DNA of 62,879 nt, counting the filler. It is 5 parts of 5 records of this genome, joined end to end, with 100 filler letters (N's around TTAATTAATTAA, not from the genome) between each part and the next. Parts side by side here need not be neighbours in the genome. Positions count along the whole stretch, not along the records: positions 54,197 to 62,879 come from SRR31156797_7738; 4 more parts are not named here. One strand, given 5' to 3'. The notes beneath the pieces were generated by a model. It had not been told where the DNA came from. It ran no database searches and saw only the letters and a program-made list of their open reading frames with translations. A program made the translations under genes and the position numbers. Positions 58,613-62,879 of the stretch are shown in pieces; within the stretch, counting starts at the first letter, position 1, and every line of letters starts with the position of its first letter.

Positions 58613-59806
58613 TTGAGATTATTACACACATCGGACTGGCATTTAGGACAAAACTTTATGAACAAAAGCAGAGTAGAGGAGCACAAAGCTTTTTTATCTT
58701 GGCTAATAGATACAATAGAAGAAAAACAAATAGAACTACTCCTTGTATCAGGAGATATTTTTGATACAGGAACACCACCAAACTACGCTTTAGAACTCTA
58801 CTACAACTTTTTAAAACAGTTATCATCAAAAAAGAGTTTAAAAACTACAATCATCACAGCAGGAAACCACGACTCAGTTTCTACATTAAAAGCACCAAAA
58901 CAACTACTTGAAGCACTAAATGTTCATGTAGTAGTAAATGGCGATGAAGAGGAAAATATAATCATCCCTATAAAAGAAGAGGATAAAACTAAAGCAATAG
59001 TTTGTGCAGTTCCATTTCTAAGAGATAGCGTTATAAGACAATCACTTGGTGGCGAAACAGTAAGTGACAAAGAAAAATTAGCAAATGAGGGTATCAAAAC
59101 CTACTATGAAAACGCATACAAAAAAGCAAAAGAGTTAGACTCAAATACACCAATCATAGCTATGGGACACCTTACAACTGTAGGAAGTAGAACAAGTGAA
59201 AGTGAAAGAGATATCTACATAGGTGGTACGCTTGATATTGGTGGAGATTATCTTGGAAGTTTATTTGACTATGTAGCTTTAGGGCACTTGCATATCAATC
59301 AAAAGGTTGGAAACAATCATGTAAGATATTCAGGTTCTCCAATACCACTAAGTTTCTCAGAGTCAAAAAACACTCAAAAAGTAAATCTAGTAACTATAAA
59401 AGAAAGTGTAGAAGTAGAAGAGTTAGAAATCCCACTAAAAAGAAAACTACAAGTTATCAAAGGCAACTTGGAAACTATAATAGATGAACTAAAACGGTGT
59501 GAGGATAAAACAACTTGGATAGAAGTTCATATCAAAGATGATAACCCAATGTTTGCAAATACGCAGATAAGAGAAGAAGCCACAAAACTAGACCTAACAA
59601 TCCTAGCCGTTAAAATAGAAAAAAGCGAAAAGCAGCTACATGCAAAAGAACTAAAAGCTATAAGTCTAGATGAACTAAGCGTAAATGATGTATTTGAAAA
59701 AAGATTAGAGCAAGAAAATATAGAAGATAAAGAGTTCAAAGAGCAACTAACTCTTAGTTTCTCTCAAGTAGTAAACAACCTTCACGAAAGTGAGGAACAA
59801 ATCTAA
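58613..59806 (+). CDS. sbcD: SbcD/Mre11 nuclease
   Basis: HTSDWHLG, GDIFD, GNHD, ALGHLH, YSGSP. Confidence 0.95.
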   Translation: MRLLHTSDWHLGQNFMNKSRVEEHKAFLSWLIDTIEEKQIELLLVSGDIFDTGTPPNYALELYYNFLKQLSSKKSLKTTIITAGNHDSVSTLKAPKQLLEALNVHVVVNGDEEENIIIPIKEEDKTKAIVCAVPFLRDSVIRQSLGGETVSDKEKLANEGIKTYYENAYKKAKELDSNTPIIAMGHLTTVGSRTSESERDIYIGGTLDIGGDYLGSLFDYVALGHLHINQKVGNNHVRYSGSPIPLSFSESKNTQKVNLVTIKESVEVEELEIPLKRKLQVIKGNLETIIDELKRCEDKTTWIEVHIKDDNPMFANTQIREEATKLDLTILAVKIEKSEKQLHAKELKAISLDELSVNDVFEKRLEQENIEDKEFKEQLTLSFSQVVNNLHESEEQI

Positions 59807-62800
59807 TGAAAATACTAAAAGTAAAACTACTAAATATAAACTCTCTAAAAGGGGAGTTTGAAATAGACTTTCAAAAGTTTTTAAAAGATGAATCCCTCTT
59901 TGCAATAACAGGACCAACAGGAGCAGGGAAAAGTACAATCCTAGATGTAATAACTTGCTCACTATATGGAAGAACAGCAAGACTAACAAATCCAAATGAC
60001 CTGATGAGTAGACACACTGGTGAATCTCTATGTGAAGTAGAGTTTGAAATCAAAGGCAATTCTTATAGAAGTTCTTGGAGCCAAAAAAGAGCAAGAAAAA
60101 AAGCTGATGGAAACTTCCAAACTGCAAAGATGGAGATAGTAGATTTAGCTACAAATAAAATACTTGAATCAAAAGTAAGGGAAGTTCCAAAACTAATAGA
60201 GCAAATCACTGGACTAGATTTTGATAGGTTTGTTCAATCTATGATGTTAGCCCAAGGTTCATTTGATGCCTTTTTGAAAGCCAAAGAAAACGAGCGTTCA
60301 AACCTACTAGAAAAAATCACGGGAACATATATCTATAAACAAATCTCACAATCTATCTATGATACATACGCTCAAAAGAAAAAAGAGATAGAAACAGCCC
60401 AAATCGCACTAGGAAGTATAGAACTACTAGATAATGAGATAGTAGAAGAAAAAACAAAACAACTATATGAGAGTAAAAAACAAAAGCAAGAACTAGACAA
60501 AAAAGAGGTTGAACTAAAGAAAATATCAACTTGGCTAGATATTTTAAAAACTCTTGAAAATGACAATATCAAATATATAAGTGAGTTCGAACAAATCTCA
60601 AAAGAAAAAGAGGACAAAAAAGAAGAGTTCCTAAAACTAGAACTAGCAAATAAGGCTCTAAGAATACAGCCAATAAACCAAGAAAAAAACCAACTCTTAA
60701 CAACTATATCAAATGACAAACAAAGATTAGAATCACTAAAGCAAGAGAAAGAAACCCTAACAAAAGAGATAACAACCAAATCAAAAGAATTAGACTCTTC
60801 AAAAGAAACACTAGAAAAAGAGAAACTCTCATACTCACAAAACTACAACAAACTAAAAGAGGTAAGAGTTTTACAAACACAAGTTGAGAATAAATACGCC
60901 TTAAACATAGAAAAAAGCAAAAAAATATCAAGCTATCTGCAAGAGTTATCAAAACTTTTTGAAGTAGATTTTCAAACACTTCTAAATGACGAATTACAAC
61001 TACAAAGCTATTATGAAAGCTTTTCAAACACTTTAAACACTTCAAAAGAGCAACTAAATAAACTCTTAGAAGAATACAAGGTTTGTGAGCAACAAACAAA
61101 AGATATAAACACAAAAGAAAATAACACAAGAGCCAAACTAAAAGAGATAGAAGCACTTCTAAAAGCACTAGAAGATTATGAAAAACTAAATCAAGAGCTA
61201 AGCCAAGAACAAACAAACATAAAAGAATACAACTCACAAATAGAAGTTCAAAAAAACCTAAACAACGAAAAAACAAAACTAATTAAACAAATACAAGAAA
61301 CTCTATCAACTCTAAAACAAACAAGAGAAAAAGAACTTTTAATCAAAAACTACGAACAAGACAGAGCCAAACTAAAAGATGGTGAAGAGTGTTTCTTATG
61401 TGGCTCAAAAGAGCATCCATATATCAATCATAGTATCAGTATAGATATAGACAAAACTACACAGAAAATAAAAGAGCAAGAAAACTATCTGCAAGAGCAA
61501 AACAAAGAACTAAATCAAGCACAAATAAATCTAGGTAAATTAAGCACAAAACTAGAATCCTCAAACCTAAACTTACAAAAACAACAAACAACAAAAACCC
61601 AAATAGAAGAGTTCTTCCAAGCAAACAGTTTCAAAATAGAGCAAGACTCAAAAGCAAACCTACAAGAACAAAATCAAATAAATGAAGCCAAGCTAAAAGA
61701 GTATGTACTTTTAAGAGAGCAAAAAGAGAAACTACAAGCACAAAAAGAAAACCAACAAACAGTAGTAAACAACCATGTGCAAAAAGAACAACAAATAAAA
61801 TCAAACATCAAAGCAATAGAAGAGTTAAAACAAGAACAAAAAGCTTTAAACTCTGAACTTCAAGAGTTACAATCAAAAAGCAAATCTATCTTAGATGTAC
61901 CAAATCTAGATGAGTTTGAACAAACTATTCAGAAAAGTCTTGATAGTGTTTCAAAACATTATAACGATTTGCAAACATACCTTTCAAGCCTAAAATCAAA
62001 AGATGAAGCAAACACAAAACAAATAGAACAACTAGTTCAAAAACAAACAGAAGACAGTCAAACACTAGAACTACTAAATGAGAAGTTTAGCAAAGCCCTA
62101 GAAGAGTATGGTTTTAGTTCATATGAAGAGTTTGAAAAAGCAAAGCTAGAAAAAGAACAGTTTGAAACTCTTACAAAGCTATGCAAAAATATAGAAGAGA
62201 AATACTCACAAATACAAACACTCAAAACAGACACAGCCAAAAAACTAAAAGAGCATAAAGAGCAAGAAAAAGAACTCTCTTTAGATAATAAAACTTTAGA
62301 AGATATAAACAAAGAGCTACAAGAATTACAAAACACTATAGACAAACTTCAAGAAAGCATTGGAAGCCTTTCAAAAGAGTTAGAGATAAACGCTTCAAAT
62401 ATGAAAAAATCAGAAGACAAGATAAAAGAGTTAGAAAAGAAAAAAGAAGCCTCAAAAGTATGGGTAAAACTAAATGAGATGATAGGTTCAGCCACAGGAG
62501 ACAAGTTTGCCAAATTTGCCCAAGGTATAACCCTAGACCAACTAATCTACCTAGCAAACAAACACCTAGAAATACTAAGCCCAAGATATGAACTCCAAAG
62601 AGCCACAGACTCAAGCAAACTTTTAGATATAGAGATAATAGATGGCTTCCAAGGAGATGTAGTAAGAGGTGTAAACACACTCTCAGGAGGTGAGGGCTTC
62701 ATAGTAAGTCTATCTTTAGCCTTAGGACTTTCAAGTTTAGCTAGCCAAAAGATAAGTATAGACTCACTTTTCCTAGATGAAGGGTTTGGAACACTAGATA

Positions 62801-62879
62801 GCGATAGCCTAGAACTAGCACTAAATGCACTAAATCAACTACAAAGTTCAGGAAAGATGGTAGGTGTGATTTCCCATGT
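59806..62879 (+). CDS. sbcC: SbcC/Rad50 ATPase (3' partial; absent from the ORF track)
   Basis: ATG overlaps the sbcD stop; GPTGAGKST, LAQG.F, coiled coil, CFLC zinc hook at about 61390, LSGGE and LDEGFGTLD in the same frame. Confidence 0.95.
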   Translation, partial: MKILKVKLLNINSLKGEFEIDFQKFLKDESLFAITGPTGAGKSTILDVITCSLYGRTARLTNPNDLMSRHTGESLCEVEFEIKGNSYRSSWSQKRARKKADGNFQTAKMEIVDLATNKILESKVREVPKLIEQITGLDFDRFVQSMMLAQGSFDAFLKAKENERSNLLEKITGTYIYKQISQSIYDTYAQKKKEIETAQIALGSIELLDNEIVEEKTKQLYESKKQKQELDKKEVELKKISTWLDILKTLENDNIKYISEFEQISKEKEDKKEEFLKLELANKALRIQPINQEKNQLLTTISNDKQRLESLKQEKETLTKEITTKSKELDSSKETLEKEKLSYSQNYNKLKEVRVLQTQVENKYALNIEKSKKISSYLQELSKLFEVDFQTLLNDELQLQSYYESFSNTLNTSKEQLNKLLEEYKVCEQQTKDINTKENNTRAKLKEIEALLKALEDYEKLNQELSQEQTNIKEYNSQIEVQKNLNNEKTKLIKQIQETLSTLKQTREKELLIKNYEQDRAKLKDGEECFLCGSKEHPYINHSISIDIDKTTQKIKEQENYLQEQNKELNQAQINLGKLSTKLESSNLNLQKQQTTKTQIEEFFQANSFKIEQDSKANLQEQNQINEAKLKEYVLLREQKEKLQAQKENQQTVVNNHVQKEQQIKSNIKAIEELKQEQKALNSELQELQSKSKSILDVPNLDEFEQTIQKSLDSVSKHYNDLQTYLSSLKSKDEANTKQIEQLVQKQTEDSQTLELLNEKFSKALEEYGFSSYEEFEKAKLEKEQFETLTKLCKNIEEKYSQIQTLKTDTAKKLKEHKEQEKELSLDNKTLEDINKELQELQNTIDKLQESIGSLSKELEINASNMKKSEDKIKELEKKKEASKVWVKLNEMIGSATGDKFAKFAQGITLDQLIYLANKHLEILSPRYELQRATDSSKLLDIEIIDGFQGDVVRGVNTLSGGEGFIVSLSLALGLSSLASQKISIDSLFLDEGFGTLDSDSLELALNALNQLQSSGKMVGVISH

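Noticed and set aside
60372-62680. Leu/Ser/Phe-rich minus-strand ORFs and apparent A-rich repeats
   Set aside because: Antisense to the low-complexity SbcC coiled coil; no true tandem repeat found
58613-62879. SMC-like ATPase plus nuclease as Wadjet or Lamassu defence
   Set aside because: Canonical sbcD-sbcC pair with a zinc hook and no extra subunits visible
1-62879. CRISPR arrays, tRNA/rRNA genes, transposases, prophage genes
   Set aside because: No regularly spaced repeats, cloverleaf or rRNA signatures, or matching ORFs were seen by eye

Overview
The window is not one locus. It is five unrelated contigs joined by 100-nt spacers (44 N + TTAATTAATTAA + 44 N) at 7317-7416, 16452-16551, 45860-45959 and 54097-54196. 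Taxon calls are inferred from composition and gene style. Contig 1 (1-7316, GC-rich, spirochaete-like) has an HtrA tail, a TRAP transporter (dctPQM), and an orphan binding protein with a YesM/YesN-type two-component pair. Contig 2 (7417-16451, Desulfobacterota-like) has a sigma54 activator and a soluble chemosensory operon: REC-like ORF, MCP-like protein with a CheZ-type DxxxQ motif and four ELF tail repeats, STAS, CheY, MshEN-containing CheA, ParA, and a Cys-PAS receptor. Contig 3 (16552-45859, AT-rich Campylobacterota, probably Arcobacteraceae) has housekeeping genes, ATP citrate lyase aclBA, two parS sites each next to a related palindromic repeat, an unannotated 32-aa membrane ORF and a four-gene phosphorelay. 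Contig 4 (45960-54096, low-GC, Fusobacteriota/Bacillota-like) has a YtrA-ABC operon, PLD, EAL and CHAD genes and a SAM-I riboswitch before metN. Contig 5 (54197-62879, a second Campylobacterota with no GATC found) has a ufa/cfa-type lipid-modification cluster and sbcDC. The best candidates for something new are the contig 2 cytoplasmic chemosensory system and the parS-linked repeat. I saw no CRISPR array, rRNA, tRNA or transposase.
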